Assembly: GCA_030390025.1 (NCBI GenBank)
Contig: CM059432.1
Location: forward strand, 104,782,001 to 104,842,000
DNA from: Squalus acanthias
Taxonomy: Eukaryota
DNA length: 60,000 bases
Direction of reading: 5' to 3'
Part shown: in pieces, positions 46,001-59,589 of the stretch
Numbering within the stretch: position 1 is the first letter of the stretch
How the letters are laid out: each line of letters starts with the position of its first letter
The notes under the pieces: generated by a model
What the model was told of the DNA's origin: nothing
The model's database searches: none
The model's input: the letters and a program-made list of their open reading frames with translations, nothing else
Program-made: the position numbers and the translations under genes

Positions 46001-47260
46001 ATAAGTTTCAATGAGATCTCCTCTCATTCTTCTAAACTCCAGCGAGTATAAGCCCAATCGACCCAATCTCTCCTCGTACGTCATTCCTGCCATCCCAGGT
46101 ATCAGTCTGGTGAATCTTCGCTGCACACCCTCCATGGCAAGAACATCCTTCCTCAGATAAGGCAACCAAAACTGCACACAATACTCAAGGTGTGGTCTCA
46201 CCAAGGCCCTGTACAGCTGCAGCAAGACATCCTTGTTCCTGTACTCAAACCCTCTCGCTACGAAGGCCAACATACCATTTGCCTTCTTAACTGCCTGCTG
46301 TACCTGCATGCTTACCTTCAGCGACTGGTGTATGTAAATGTAACATTTCCAAATTTGCGAGGTGGCAGTGTCAGTTGTGAAGAGGATGTGAAGAGGCTTC
46401 AAGGGGATCTCGTCAGGCTCAGTGAGTGGGCGAGAACATGGCAGATGGAATATAATGTGGATAAATGTGAAGTTATCCACTTTGGTAGAAAAAACAGAAA
46501 GGCAGAGTATTTCCTAAATGGTGAAAGATTGGGGAATGCAGATGCTGAAAGGGACCTGGGTGTCCTTGTACATGAGTCACTGAAAGTGATTGTGCAGGTG
46601 CAGCAAGCCATTAGGAAGGCAAATGGTATGCTGGCCTTCATTACAAGAGGATTTGAGTACAGGAGTAAAGAAGTCTTACTCCAATTATATAGGGCCTTGG
46701 TGAGACCACACCTGGAGTACTGTGTACAATTTTGGTCTCTTTACCTAAGGAAGGATATACTTGCCATAGAGGGAGTGCAACGAAGGCTCACGAGATTGAT
46801 TCCTGGGATGGCGGGACTGTCGTATGAGAAGAATTTGCGTAAACTAGGCCTGTATTCTCTTGAATTCAGAAGAATTGGAGGGGATCTCATTGAAGCATAC
46901 AAAATTATTACAGGGCTTGAAAGGGTGGATGCTGGGAGAATGTTTCCCTTGGCTGGGGAGTCTAGAACCAGGGGCCATAGCCTCAGGATAAAGGATGGCC
47001 ATTCAGGACTGAGAAGAAATTTCTTCACACAGAGGGTGGTGAATCTTTGGAATTCTCTACCCCAGAGGGCTGTGGAGGCTCAGTCATTGGGTATATTCAA
47101 AACAGAAGTCGATAGATTTCTGACTAGTAAGGGCATCAAGGGATATGGCGATAGGGCCGGTGAATGGAGTTGAGGCAGAAGATCAGCCATGATCTCATTG
47201 AATGGCGGAGCAGGCTCGAAGGGCCGAATGGTCTACTCCTGCTCCTATTTCTTATGTTCT
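43038..47260 (+). mobile_element. Near full-length degenerate CR1 (ORF1 esterase + ORF2) with a nested antisense CR1
   Basis: HIGTND/DGLHL esterase, [24 protein letters not shown]|…KCNISKF (ADD motif deleted), C-terminus GYGDRAGEWS and tail. Confidence 0.9.
45631..46332 (-). mobile_element. CR1 3' fragment nested in the preceding CR1
   Basis: HQSLKVSMQVQQAVKKANG…GYGKKAGTGY; very similar to 19100-19800. Confidence 0.9.
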
Positions 47261-47464
47261 TACCCCTAGATAGGTTGCAGCTCCGCAGAGCTACAGAAAG
47301 TCAGAAAAACTGCTGCCCAACTATAATAAATCCTACTTCTGCTTATTTATATTACCACTGTACAGGCATGGAGATATGCAATGCTTATTTAACTCTGGCA
47401 CAGTCAGTGGAAACTAATCTTCCCAGTTGTTGCTATTTAGGTCTGTGACACATCAGGATGCATG

Positions 47465-47910
47465 CAAGAACATAAGAATTAGGAGCAGGAGTAGGCCATA
47501 CGCCCCCTCAAGCCTGCTCCACCATTCAATAAGATGATGGCTGATATTCAACCTCAACTCCACTTTCCCACCCAATCTCCTTATCCCTTGATTCCCCATG
47601 AGTCCAAAAATCTATCTATCTCAGCCGTGAATATACTCAAAGACTCAGCATCCACAGCCCTTTGGGGCAGAGAATTCCAAAGATTCACAACCCTTTGAGT
47701 GAAGAAATTCCTCCTCATCTCTGTCTTAAATGGCCGACCCCTTATCCTGAAACTATGCCCCTTAGTTCTAGACTCTCCAGCCTGGGGAAACAACCTCTCA
47801 GCATCTACCCTGTCAATCCCCCTCAGAATCCTATATGTTTCAATGAAATCACCTCTCATTCTTCTAAACTCTAGAGCGTATAGGCCCAATCTACTCAATC
47901 TCTCATTCAT
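47465..47910 (-). mobile_element. CR1 3' fragment
   Basis: ERLSRLGLYALEFRRMRGD…FFTQRVVNLWNSLP and tail. Confidence 0.88.
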
Positions 47911-48669
47911 TGGGATCAGAAAAAGCAACCAAATTCTGATCTTTCATTATAAAAGGGCACTACAGAAAACAAAGGGCACGAAGACATGTTTGCAGATTGC
48001 ATTTGTGATTATAATAGACCAGTTAAAAGAAATACACTCAGCTGTTGTAATAATCCCATCTGTGGTGGAGGGTTGAGGAGGGTGTCATTACAGTCCCCAC
48101 CATTTACACCATCACGCATATCCCGGACAGCCGCCTACACTGGGCAAACCATTTGCCATTATCATAGGCATCAATTACAAAGGCACCGCTTAAACCATAT
48201 TAAGCGCGCTGACTATTTCGGACAGTTCAGCAGCTGTTTGCACCTTGTTTAAGTGCAATAACCTGTCATTAAGTGCTAGTAGTTGTAATGTTGCATTTGC
48301 CTGCTGTCACAGCAGGCTTCATTTGATCTATTCCCGAAATCTAAAGCATTGCAAGAGAAAGCAACATGTGTGTTTAAAAGGGCAATCTCCAGTTCATTCT
48401 TTATAATTAGGTTTGATAATGATTCTGGCACACAAGCCCAGACTATTGAACTTTTAATGACCGACTGATCTTAGTGAAATCAACCCCTTGTAACAATTTC
48501 TCTCCCTCGTTGTCAGATTTCACGGGAAAAGCTGTTAGGAGTTTATATAGATCGTTATTCAAGCTTCGTCAATTTCACACCCAGCGGGTTGTAAAAATTC
48601 TCAATTAAACTGCGAATCAGCGTCAAAAGGGGGGCTGTGCAAAAATATCACGATCATTGGCATTGCAGA

Positions 48670-49605
48670 ATTAGGAACATTGGAACAGGAGTAGGCCATT
48701 CAGCCCCTCGAGATTGTTCCGCCATTTAATGAGATCATGGCTGATCTGTGACCTAACTCCATATACCTGCCTTTGCCCCATATCCCTTAATACCTTTGGT
48801 TAACAAAAAGCTATCAATCTCCGATTTAAAATTAATAATTGATTTAGCATCAATTACCGTTTGCAGAAGAGAGTTCCATACTTCTACCACCCTTTGTGTG
48901 TAGAAGTGTTTCCTAATTTCACTCCTGAAAGGTCTGACTCTAATTTTTAGACTATACCCTCTAGTCCTAGAATCCCCAACCAATGGAATAAGTTTCTCTC
49001 TATCTACCCTATCTGTTCCCCTTAATATCTTGAAAACTTCAATCAGATCACCCCTTAACCGTCTAAATTCCAGGGACTACAACCCTAATTTGTGTAATTT
49101 CTCCTCGTAATTTAACCCTTGGAGTCCGGGTATCATTCTGGTAAACCTACACTGCACCAAGGTCAATATTCCTTCCTAAGGTGTGGTGCCCAGAACTGCT
49201 CACAGTGCTCCAGGTGTGGTCTAACCAGGGCTTTGTATAGCTGCAGCATAACTTCTACCCCCTTGTATTCTAGTCCTCTAGATATAAAGGCCAGCATTCC
49301 ATTAGCCTTTTTGATTATTTTCTGTACCTGTTCATGACATTTTAATGATCTATGTACCTGGACCCCCAACTCTCTTTGGACATCCACTGTTTTTAGCTTT
49401 TCATCATTTAGAAACTACCCTGTTCTATCCTTTTTAGGTCCAAAGTGGATGACCTAACATTTGCCTACATTGAAATCCATTTGCCACAGTTTTGCCCATT
49501 CACATAATCTGTCGATATCCCTTTGTAATTTTATGCTTCCATCTACACTGCCTACAATGCCGCCTATCTTTGTGTAATTGGCAAATTTGGACATATGACT
49601 TTCTA
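48670..49605 (-). mobile_element. CR1 3' fragment
   Basis: KKANGMLAFISRGLEYK…RPHLEHC…GIKGYGAKAGIWS. Confidence 0.85.
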
Positions 49606-49659
49606 ATTATGTAAATGTAAAACCTTTTTGCCGCATCGTCAGCAGCAAAACGTCAGTTA

Positions 49660-51868
49660 GAAACATAGAAAATAGGTACAGGAGTAGACCATTCGGTCCT
49701 TCGAGCCTGCACCGCCATTCAATGCGTTCATGGCTGAACATGCTACCTCAGTACCCCATTCCTGCTTTCTCGCCATACCCCTTGATCCCCCTAGTTGTGA
49801 GTGTTATATCTAACTCCCTTTTGAATATATTTAGCGAACTGGCCTCAACAACCTTCTGTGGAAGAGAATTCCATAGATTCACCACTCTCTGGGTGAAGAA
49901 GTTCCTCCTCAGCTCAGTCTTAAATGGCTTCCCCTTAATCCTTAGACTGTGACCCCTGGTTCTAGTTTTCCCTAACATTGGGAACATTCTGCCCGCATCT
50001 AATTTGTCTAAACCAGTCAGGATTTTAAATGTCTCTATAAGATCCCCCCTCATTCTTCTGAACTCCAGAGGATACAAGTTCAGTTGACCCAATCTTTCTT
50101 GATATGTCAGTCTGGCCATCCCAGGAATCAATCTAGTGAACCTTCGCTGCACTCCCTCAATAGCAAGAATGTCCTTCCTTAAGTTAGGAGACCAAAACTG
50201 CGCACAATACTTCAGGTGTGGCCTCACCAAGGCCCTGTACAACTGCAGCATCACCTCCCTACTCCTGTACTCAAATCCCCTTGCTATGAAGGCCATCATT
50301 CCGTTTGCTTTCTTGACTGCCTGCTGCACTTGCATTCCCACCTTCAGTGACTGATGTACCATGACGCCCAGGTCTCGTTGCACCTCCCCTTTCCCTAATC
50401 TGCCACCATTCAGGTAATAGTCCGCCTCTCTATTTTTACCACCAAAGTGGATAACCTCACATTTATCCACATTGTACTTCATCTGCCATACATTTGCCCA
50501 TTCACCCAACCTGTCCAAGTCACTCTGTAGCCTCCTAGCATCCTCCTCATTGTTCACACTGCCTCCCAATTTAGTGTCATCCGCAAATTTGGAGATATTA
50601 CATTTAATCCCTTCGTCCAAATCATTAATATATAATGTAAACAGCTGGGGTCCCAGCACCGAACCCTGCGGTACCCCGCTGGTCACTGCCTGCCATTCTG
50701 AAAAGTACCCATTTACTCCTACTCTTTGTTTCCTGTGTGCCAACCAGTTCTCAATCCACGTCAACACATTACCCCCAATCCCATGTGCTTTAACTTTGCT
50801 CACCAATCTCTTGTGTGGGACCTTGTCGAAGGCCTTCTGAAAGTCCAAATACACCACATCTACTGGTTCCTCCCTGTCCACCCTATTGGAAACATCCTCA
50901 AAAAATTCCAGAAGATTTGTCAAGCATGATTTCCCTTTCACAAATCCATGCTGACTTGGACCTATCATGTCGCCACTTTCCAAATGGTCTGTTATGACAT
51001 CTTTAATAATTGCTTCCATCATTTTACCCACGACCGATGTCAGGCTATAATTCCCTGCTTTCTCCCTCCCTCCTTTTTTAAAAAGAGGGGTTACATTGGC
51101 CACCCTCCACTCCATCGGAACTGATCCAGAGTCTAAGGAATGTTGGAAAATTATCGTCAATGCATCCACTATTTCCAAGGCCACCTCCTTAAGTACTCTG
51201 GGATGCAGACCATCAGGCCCCGGGGATTTTTCAGCCTTCAGTCCCATCAATTTCCCCAATACCTTTTCCCGACTAATAAGGATTTCCCTCAGCTCCTCCC
51301 TCTTACCAGATCCCCTGACCCCTTTTATTTCCGGCAGGTTGTGTGTGTCCTCCACAGTAAACACCGAACCAAAGTACTTGTTCAATTGATCTGCCATTTC
51401 CTTGTTCCCCATTACGACTTCCCCTGTTTCCGACTGCAGGGGACCTACGTTTGTTTTTACTAACCTCTTTCTTTTTACATATTTATAGAAGCTTTTGCAG
51501 TCCATTTTAATGTTCTCTGCAAGCTTCCTTTCATATTTTATTTTCCCTGCCCTAATCAAACCCTTCGTCCTCCTCTGCTGAGTTTTGAAGTTCTCCCAGT
51601 CCCCGGGTTTGCTGCTACTTCTGGCCAATTTGTATGCAACTTCCTTGGTTTTAATACTATCCCTGATTTCCCTTGTTAGCCATGGTTGAGCCACCTTCCC
51701 TTTTTTATTTTTACGCCAGACCGGGATGTACAATTGTTGTAGTTCATCCATGCGATCTCTAAATGTCTGCCATTGCCCTTCCACTGATAGCCCCTTAAAT
51801 ATCGCTTGCCAATTTAACCTTGCCAATTCACGCCTCATACCCTCAAAGTTGCCCTTATTTAAGTTCCT
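49660..51868 (-). mobile_element. 5'-truncated CR1 with an open 709-codon RT frame (49748-51877)
   Basis: Uninterrupted frame through KFADDTKLG to GYGEKAGMGY; RPV is missing from NY(RPV)SLT. No endonuclease domain. Confidence 0.92.
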
Positions 51869-52215
51869 GTAGTACACTCTGTTAGGACTCCCTTTCCTTA
51901 TCTCCGATTTATTTTACATAGATAACCAGTTGGAGCAAAAGGGTAATTTATAGCTCCCTGTTTTACAATATATAAAATCCTGACTTTAAATATTTATTAA
52001 GGCTGTTTAGTTATGCGCGTGCACACACATTCCAGTAAAAGACGTTGATTTTTCTAAACTACTCTGCATTATCTAGATCTTGAATATTTAGGGTCATTTA
52101 ACCTCCACCATTCATAAACCAGCTCAGTCTAGAAGTTGAGCAAGGAATATCCATGTTCTGTTTATCTTGGAAACAAAGTCCAGATTTGCAGCATGCTTCT
52201 CGATGCAACACAATT

Positions 52216-52480
52216 TGGCACTATTTCGAAGAAGAGCAGAGGAGTTATCCCCGGTGTCCTGGCCAATATTTATCTCTCAATCAACATAACAAAAACAGAT
52301 TATCTGGTCATTATCACATTGCTGTTTGTGGGAGCTTGCTGTGCGCAAATTGGATGCCGCGTTTCCCACATTACAACAGTGACTACACTCCAAAAGTACT
52401 TAATTAGCTGTAAAGCGCTTTGAGACGTCCGGTGGTCGTGAAAGGCGCTATATAAATGCAAGTCTTTCTTTTTTCTTTTC
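52216..52480 (+). mobile_element. 5'-truncated Deu-domain SINE (SacSINE1/AmnSINE1-like) with L2-derived tail
   Basis: GGCACTATTTCGAAGAAGAGCAG…GTCCTGGCCAATATTTATC…CAGATTATCTGGTCATTATCACATTGCTGTTTGTGGGAGCTTGCTGTGCGCAAATTGG…GGCGCTATATAAATGCAAGTCTTTC, recognised from memory of the family consensus. Confidence 0.85.
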
Positions 52481-52716
52481 ACTTCTGGTGGCATAATTCT
52501 GCCACCAAATTGCGAATTAAAATCATAATTTAAGGTGAATATTAAATTACAAATGCAATGCCAAACCTGTTGCACGCTACCAGGGCAGGAACTTTGAATG
52601 TGGGTGGGATGAACCCAAAATGTACATCTGCAATAAACTCACTGGATTAGATTTTACACCCATTCACTATGAACAGGCAGAAAATCTAGCCCACCATTCA
52701 TCATCTCAGCTAATCT

Positions 52717-53410
52717 TAGAATCATAGAATCTTAAAGCACAGATGGGGGCCATTTGGCCCGTCGTGCCTGTGCCGGCTCTTTGAAAGAGTTGTCCAATTT
52801 AGTCCCACACCCCAGCTTTCTCCCCATAACCCTGCAAATTAGTTCTCTTCAAGTACATGACCAATTGCCTTTTGAAAGTTCCTATGAAATTTGATTCCAC
52901 CACACTTTCAGGTAGTGCATTCCAGATCATAACAACAGTCTGAGTGAAATCATTTCTCATCACCCCTCTAGTTCTTCTGCTAATTATTTTAAATCTATGA
53001 CCTCTGGTTACTGACCCACTTGCCAGAGGAAACAGATTCTCCCTACTGACTCTATCAAAACCCCATATAATTTTGAATACCTCTATTAGGTCGCCCCTTA
53101 ACCTTCTCTGCTCTAAGGAGAACAATCCCAGCTTCTCCAATCTCTCCACATAACTAAAGTCCCTCATTCCTGGTATCATCCTGGTAAACCTCCTCCGTAC
53201 TCTCTCCAAGGCTTTGACATTCTTCCTAAAGTGTGGTGTCCAGAATTGTACACAATACTCCAGCTGAGGCCTAACTGAGATTTGTAAAGGTTTAGCATGA
53301 CTTCTTTGTTTTTGTATTCAATGCCCCTATTTACAAAGGCAAATATCCATACACTTTCTTAACCGCCTTTTCAACTTGCCCTGCCACCTTCAAAGTTTGT
53401 GAATATGTGA
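52717..53410 (-). mobile_element. CR1 3' fragment
   Basis: ERVRRRFTRMIPG…LEQRRLRGD…QGYGEKAGVWD; tail GATTCTATGATTCT. Confidence 0.88.
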
Positions 53411-53518
53411 ATCTTAGTTTGCCTTAAAAGAAAACAAAAAATGTTGGAAAGATACACAACACTGTGCCACAGGGTAGTTGGATAATAACTTGTTAGATTC
53501 CCCACATGGTAGAATTCA

Positions 53519-53752
<234 letters not shown>

Positions 53753-54284
53753 CTAAAAAAAGATAAAGCCAAAGTCAACTTTATTACAAAATTAAGATTA
53801 CACAACTTTCAAAATAATTGAGGAAGAGGAAATGTCAAATGCATGTGCAGGTGATTTACGAGGGCTGTAATGTTTGTCATTTTCATAATTTTTAAAAACA
53901 AAGACAACTGTCACTAAACGGCTGTATTAAAATCGATAAACATTCAATCCCCAGGGATATAAATCTGTACAACACATTAACAGTTTTTTCCCCCGAGATT
54001 GTAGCTAGAATGTGCATTTTTAAATCCAGATGAAGTGTATTCTCTTCTAAGGTTGACTTGAATAATTTATAGATCTATTTCTGTAAATCAGTTCTCACAG
54101 GATATATGTGACATTTGATAGCTAATATTTTCAAGATGGAGTGCAAATATAAATTTTCCAAACATAATTGCAAACACAAATTATACACAACAGCATCTCA
54201 GATGGAACAAAGCATGGGATATTTATTTAGGTTTTCTTGAACTACAGTAGGGTTTATTTTTAACTGCCCCTGACACAAATTGAA

Positions 54285-54757
54285 TCGAATGGGCCTATAT
54301 TTTCTGGGGTTTAGAAGAATGAGAGGTGATCTCATTGAAACGTATAAAATTCTTGGAGGGCTTGACAAGGTAGATGCTGAGAGGCTCTTTCCCCTGACTG
54401 GAGAGTCTCGAACTAGGGGTCAGACTCAGGATAAAGGGTCAGCCATTTAGGACTGAGATGAAGAAAAATTTCTTCACTCAAAGGGTTGTGAATCTTTGGA
54501 ATTCTCTATCCCAGAAGGCTGTGGATGCTCAGTCATTGAGTATATTCAAGACTGAGATCAATAGCTGGCACGGACTCGATGGGCCGAATGGTCTCCTTCT
54601 GTGCTGTAACCATTCTATGATAGATTTTTGGATACTAAGGGAATGAAGGGATATGGGGATAGGGCGGGAAAGTGGAGTTGAGGTAGAAGTTCAGCCATAA
54701 TCTTATTGAACGGCAGAGCAGGCTCGAGGGGCCGCATGGCCTACTCCTGTTCCTAAG
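54285..54757 (+). mobile_element. CR1 3' fragment containing a short second CR1 tail
   Basis: FRRMRGDLIETYKIL…FFTQRVVNLWNSL; foreign tail inserted at ~54565-54619. Confidence 0.85.
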
Positions 54758-55069
54758 ATTTAAGTTAAAGGGTAATACTTCATAGAATGTTGTGTGAGAC
54801 CATTTTGTTACGTGCTGCACTAGATTAAAATCATTAAAAGTTTAAGAGGTTCTGATTAAAAATATATCCACAATCAGTGATCAAAAAAAAATGTGGAATA
54901 TTTTTGGCAGTTTAAAAAAAACAAACATATAATTTGTAAAAGTTAATAAATATTGAAATGCATTGTTTCCTCACTATGATGCAATACTGCTGATTGCTAA
55001 CAGCTCCTTCTCTAATAAACAATTTAAAACATCCTTCTGCACCAATTTCTGAGAGGTAAAGTTTCTGTG

Positions 55070-55320
55070 TATAAACCATACAGACTACAAGGGTCCCTTG
55101 GCTGATGCTGACATGAGCCGAGTTAACTGACTGCTGCTAGGGTACAGTAGGTGGTGTAAATTTGCTGCAGCATCCTGGGTTAGGAAAGGTAACATTGACC
55201 AGGGCTTCCATTCCTGGCTGCTGTCCAGTGGTGCCTCCTGGAATGTGGACAATAGCTGAGAAGATTAATCTTGATTGTGACGCCCTCCACAGTTGATTAG
55301 CACTCTTGTCATGCTCACCA
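55070..55320 (+). mobile_element. Ancient SINE-like repeat (copy 5)
   Basis: CCATACAGAC…CCTGGGTTAGG…CCAGGG…TCCAGTG…TGTGACGCCCTCCACAGTTGA blocks. Confidence 0.45.
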
Positions 55321-55934
55321 ACAAGGCAAAAAGTGTGAAAAGTTAGAATCTGTGCATTTTACTTCCTGGTTTGCTGTCTTCAATGTGATTGTTGCTTAGC
55401 CTGCTTGATGACATCACTGTTGCTGGACGCTGGAGATTCGCCTGATTTGGCGCCAGATTCAAACCAAGGTTGGGAGAGCTGAAATTCACGCCACAGATCT
55501 TTGTGGGCAGCTGTCTTCGAGGTCAGTGGCGAGCGCTGTCACTTCGCCACGGACGGCAAATTCTGGGCCAATATCCCTCCCATTGCTAAAACCTAACCAA
55601 TTTCATCTACATGATAATGTCACTCAAATGAGCTATCTTCAAAGCTACCCTGCCAAGAGACTTATTGTAATTAAGAAAGAGGATTATGGATTACTAACTT
55701 TCTTTTCTTTTGTAATTGTTACATAATAAAATGGTTGCTAGAATCCCAATAATTGATTATTGTAATTACCCAGAGAAATCAACACATTATTAAATTCAAA
55801 TGGAAAGTTTTTTTGTTGTTGCTGCTGTTCCCTTCAAAAACTTTTTAAAAATAATCTTCTCGTGGAAAGAGTTACATGATGATGGTGACTTATATGCTTG
55901 TAAGTACCGTCTTGGTTAAACTAAGTACTCCCCG

Positions 55935-56272
55935 TTTACACCTCTTCTACACCCATCTTCTGTTTCTTTACTTGTCCATTACCATCTCCTTTTGCTTTGT
56001 ACAATCATACCTTGTGTCATTTAATCTCTTCTGCCTTCCAGCCTATCACAGACCTTCCCCTTTTGTTCTTTCCTCCCCTCCCCTTTTCACTGCTTCTGCA
56101 CTTGCTTAAAAATCTGTTACATCTCTAACTTTTTCCAGTTCTGGCAAAAGGTCATTGACCTGAATAGTTAACTCTGTTTCTCTCTCCACAGATGCTGCCT
56201 GACTTGCTGAGTATTTCCAACATTTTGTGTTTCTATTTCAGATTTCCAGCATCCGCAGTATTTTGCTTTTGT
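55935..56272 (+). mobile_element. Solo Penelope pLTR (degenerate hammerhead)
   Basis: Colinear with 22450-22791; the core reads CTGGCAA…GAAT. Confidence 0.8.
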
Positions 56273-56584
56273 ACTCCTCTTGATATTAGCTTTGTTTTTA
56301 AAACAGTTTTCACATACAAGCAGAATCTAGAATTGAATTATTTTGCTTCTTGCAAATGAGAGCCACCAGTTTCGTTGCGGTGGCCTGTCCTATTGACATC
56401 ACTGTATAGGATGATCATCCACCCAGTAGAATGGAACTTGGCACAATTTTTGTTTCCATCCTTTTTAGCAGTAGCAATCCATTTTGCAGTCACCTGCAGA
56501 TTTGCAGTGAGCACAAAATACATCCAAGTTTTACAAAAAGAATGGCGACTTCCAAGAAAACAAAGAGAGAAGAATAAAGAGCTC

Positions 56585-56720
56585 CAAGTTCGGACGAAGG
56601 GTCATCGACCTGAAACGTTAACTGTTTCTCTCCACAGATGCTGCCTGACCTGCTGAGTATTTCCAGTGTTTTCTGCTTTTATTTCAGATTCCCAGCATCC
56701 GCAGAATTTTGCTTTTCTTT
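56585..56720 (+). mobile_element. Short Penelope pLTR fragment beginning at the hammerhead motif
   Basis: AGTTCGGACGAAGGGTCATCGACCTGAAACGTTAAC…CAGCATCCGCAG. Confidence 0.75.
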
Positions 56721-56838
56721 TAGAATAAAGAGCTCACTGGATGAATTAATGAACAAATATATTGCATGGCGTAGTAATGGTCCAAACAGACCACAAGGTC
56801 ATATTTTTCCTCAGGTCGGGCTGATCTTCACCTGGTCA

Positions 56839-59588
56839 ATAGAGTCATAGAGTTATACAGCACAGAAAGAGGCCCTTCGGCCCATCGTGTCCGCGCTGGC
56901 CATCAAGCCCTGTCTATTCTAATCCCATTTTCCAGCACTTGGTCCGTAGCCTTGTATGCTATGGCGTTTCAAGTGCTCATCTAAATGCTTCTTGAATGTT
57001 GTGAGGGTTCCTGCCTCTACCGCCCTTTCAGGCAGTGAGTTCCAGATTCCAACCACCCTCTGGGTGAAAAAGTTTTTCCTCAAATCCCCTCTAAACCTCC
57101 TGCCCCTTACCTTGAAACTATGCCCCCTGGTTATTGACCCCTCTACTAAGGGGAAAAGTTCCTTTCTATCTACCCTATCTATGCCCCTCATAATTTTGTA
57201 CACCTCAATCAGGTCCCCCCTCAGCCTTCTCTGCTCTAAGGAAAACAACCCCAGCCTGTCCAGTCTCTCTTCATAGCTGAAGCGCTGCAGCCCAGGTAAC
57301 ATCCTGGTGAATCTCCTCTGCACCCTCTCCAATGCAATCACATCCTTCCTATAGTGTGGCGACCAGAACTGCACACAGTATTCCAGCTGTGGCCTAACTA
57401 GCGTTTTGTACAGCTCCATCATAACCTCCCTGCTCTTATATTCTATGCCTCGGCTAATGAAGGCAAGTATCCCATATGCCTTTTTAACCACCTTATCTTC
57501 CTGTCCTGCTGCCTTCAGGGATCTATGTACATGCACGCCAAGGTCCCTCTGATCCTCTGTCCTTCCTAGGGTCCTACCATTCATTGTGTATTCCCTTGCC
57601 TTGTTAGTCCTCCCAAAATGCATCACCTCACACTTTTCAGGGTTAAATTCCATTTGCCACTGTTCTGCCCATCTGACCAACCCGTCTATATCGTCCTGTA
57701 GCCTGAGACTTCCCTCCTCGCTATTTACCACCCCACCAATTTTCGTGTCATCTGCGAACTTACTGATCATACCTCCTACATTCATATCTAAATCATTAAT
57801 GTACACTACAAACAGCAAAGGACCCAGCACCGATCCCTGCGGTACACCACTGGACACAGGCTTCCAGTCACAAAAACAACCTTCGACCATCACCCTCTGC
57901 CTCCTGCCACTAAGCCAATTTTGGATCCATTGTGCCAAGTTGCCTTGGATCCCATGGGCTCTTACCTTCTTGACCAGTCTCCCATGCCGGACTTTGTCAA
58001 AAGCCTTACTGAAGTCCATGTAGACCACATCAACTGCACTACCCTCATCCACACACCTAGTCACCCCCTCAAAAAATTAAATCAAATTGGTCAGACATGA
58101 TCTCCCCCTGACAAAGCCATGCTGACTATCCTTGATTAATCCTTGCCTCTCCAAGTGGAGACTAACTCTGTCCCTCAGAATTTTTTCCAATAATTTCCCT
58201 ACCACTGATGTTAGGCTCACTGGCCTGTAATTCCCTGGTTTATCCCTACTACCCTTCTTGAATAATGGTACTACGTTAGCTGTTCTCCAGTCCTCTGGCA
58301 CCTCCCCTGTGGCCAGAGAGGTTCTGAAAATTTGTGTCAGAGCCCCTGCAATCTCCTCCCTTGCCTCACACAGCAGCCTGGGATACATCTCGTCTGGGCC
58401 TGGGGATTTATCCACTTTTAAGCCCGCTAAAACCGCTAGTACCTCCTCCCTCTCAATACTAATTTGTTCAAGTATATCACAATCCCCCTGCCTGCTTTCT
58501 ATGCCTACATCGTCCTTCTCCATAGTGAACACAGATGCAAAATATTCATTTAAAACCCCACCTACATCTTCTGGCTCTACACAGAGATTGCCACTTTGGT
58601 CCCTAATGGGCCCTACTCTTTCCCTGGTTATCCTCTTGCCTTTAATATACTTATAAAACATCTTGGGATTTTCCTTTATTTTGCCGGCCAGTGTTATTTC
58701 ATGCCCCCTCTTCGCTCTCCTAATTTCTTTTTTAAGTACCCCCCTGCACTTTCTATACTCCTCTAGGGCTTCCACTGTTTTTAGTCCTTTGTATCTGCCA
58801 AAAGCCTCCCTTTTTTCCCTAATCCATTCTCGTATATCCCTTGACATCCAGGGTTCCCTGGGCTTGTTGGTCCCACCCTTGACCTTTACGGGAACATGTT
58901 GCCGTTGTACTCTCTCTATTTCCTTTCTGAAAGACTCCCACTGCTCTGATGTGGATTTTCCTACAAGTAGCTGATCCCAGTCCACTTTGGCCAGATCCTG
59001 TCTTATCATATTAAAATCGGCCTTCCCCCAATTTAGAACCTTTATTTCCGGTCCATCTTTGTCCTTTTCCATGACTACTTTAAATCTCACCGAATTATGG
59101 TCACTGTCACCAAAATGCTCTCCTACTAACACTTCTACCACTTGCCCGGCTACATTCCCTAGAATTAGGTCCAGTACCGCCCCCTCCCTTGTAGGACTTT
59201 CTACATGCTGGCTCAAAAAGCTCTCCTGGATGCACTTTAAGAGTTCCGCACCCTCTAAGCCTTTCACACTCTGACTATCGCAGTTAATATTGGGGAAGTT
59301 GAAATCCCCTACTATTATTACCCTATTATTTCTACACTTCTCTGAGATTTGCCTACATATCTGTTCCTCTATCTGCCCCTGACTGTTAGGGGCCTATAGT
59401 ACACTCCCAGCAAAGTGCTTGCCCCCTTTTTGTTTTTAAGTTCTACCCATATGGCCTCATTAGAGGAACCTGCTAAGATATCATCCCTCCTTACAGCAGT
59501 AATTGACTCCTTGATTAATATTGCGACACCCCCTCCTCTTTTACACCTACCTCTGTCTCGCCTGAAGATTCTTTACCCTGGAATATTT
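56839..59588 (-). mobile_element. CR1 LINE, most of ORF2 (frameshift at the A-run near 58070)
   Basis: Open frames 58077-59267 (GDSDHNSV, NYRPVSLTS) and 56919-58064 (YMDFSKAFD, KFADDTK); tail (CTCTAT). Confidence 0.92.
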
Positions 59589-59589
59589 G

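Noticed and set aside
45722..47173. Overlapping 252-aa (-) and 327-aa (+) ORFs as a bidirectional gene pair
   Set aside because: They are chimeric read-throughs across the junction of two nested, oppositely oriented CR1 copies.
50136..51463. Many 70-145 aa ORFs antisense to CR1 ORF2 (also 19660-20869 and 56956-59274)
   Set aside because: Shadow frames of the RT coding sequence, recurring in every CR1 copy, with no independent gene signals.
52480..52692. Complete MITEs at 52480-52692 and 55330-55569
   Set aside because: Only one Harbinger-like terminus is visible for each (AAAATCTAGCCC; AAATTCTGGGCC), so boundaries cannot be supported.
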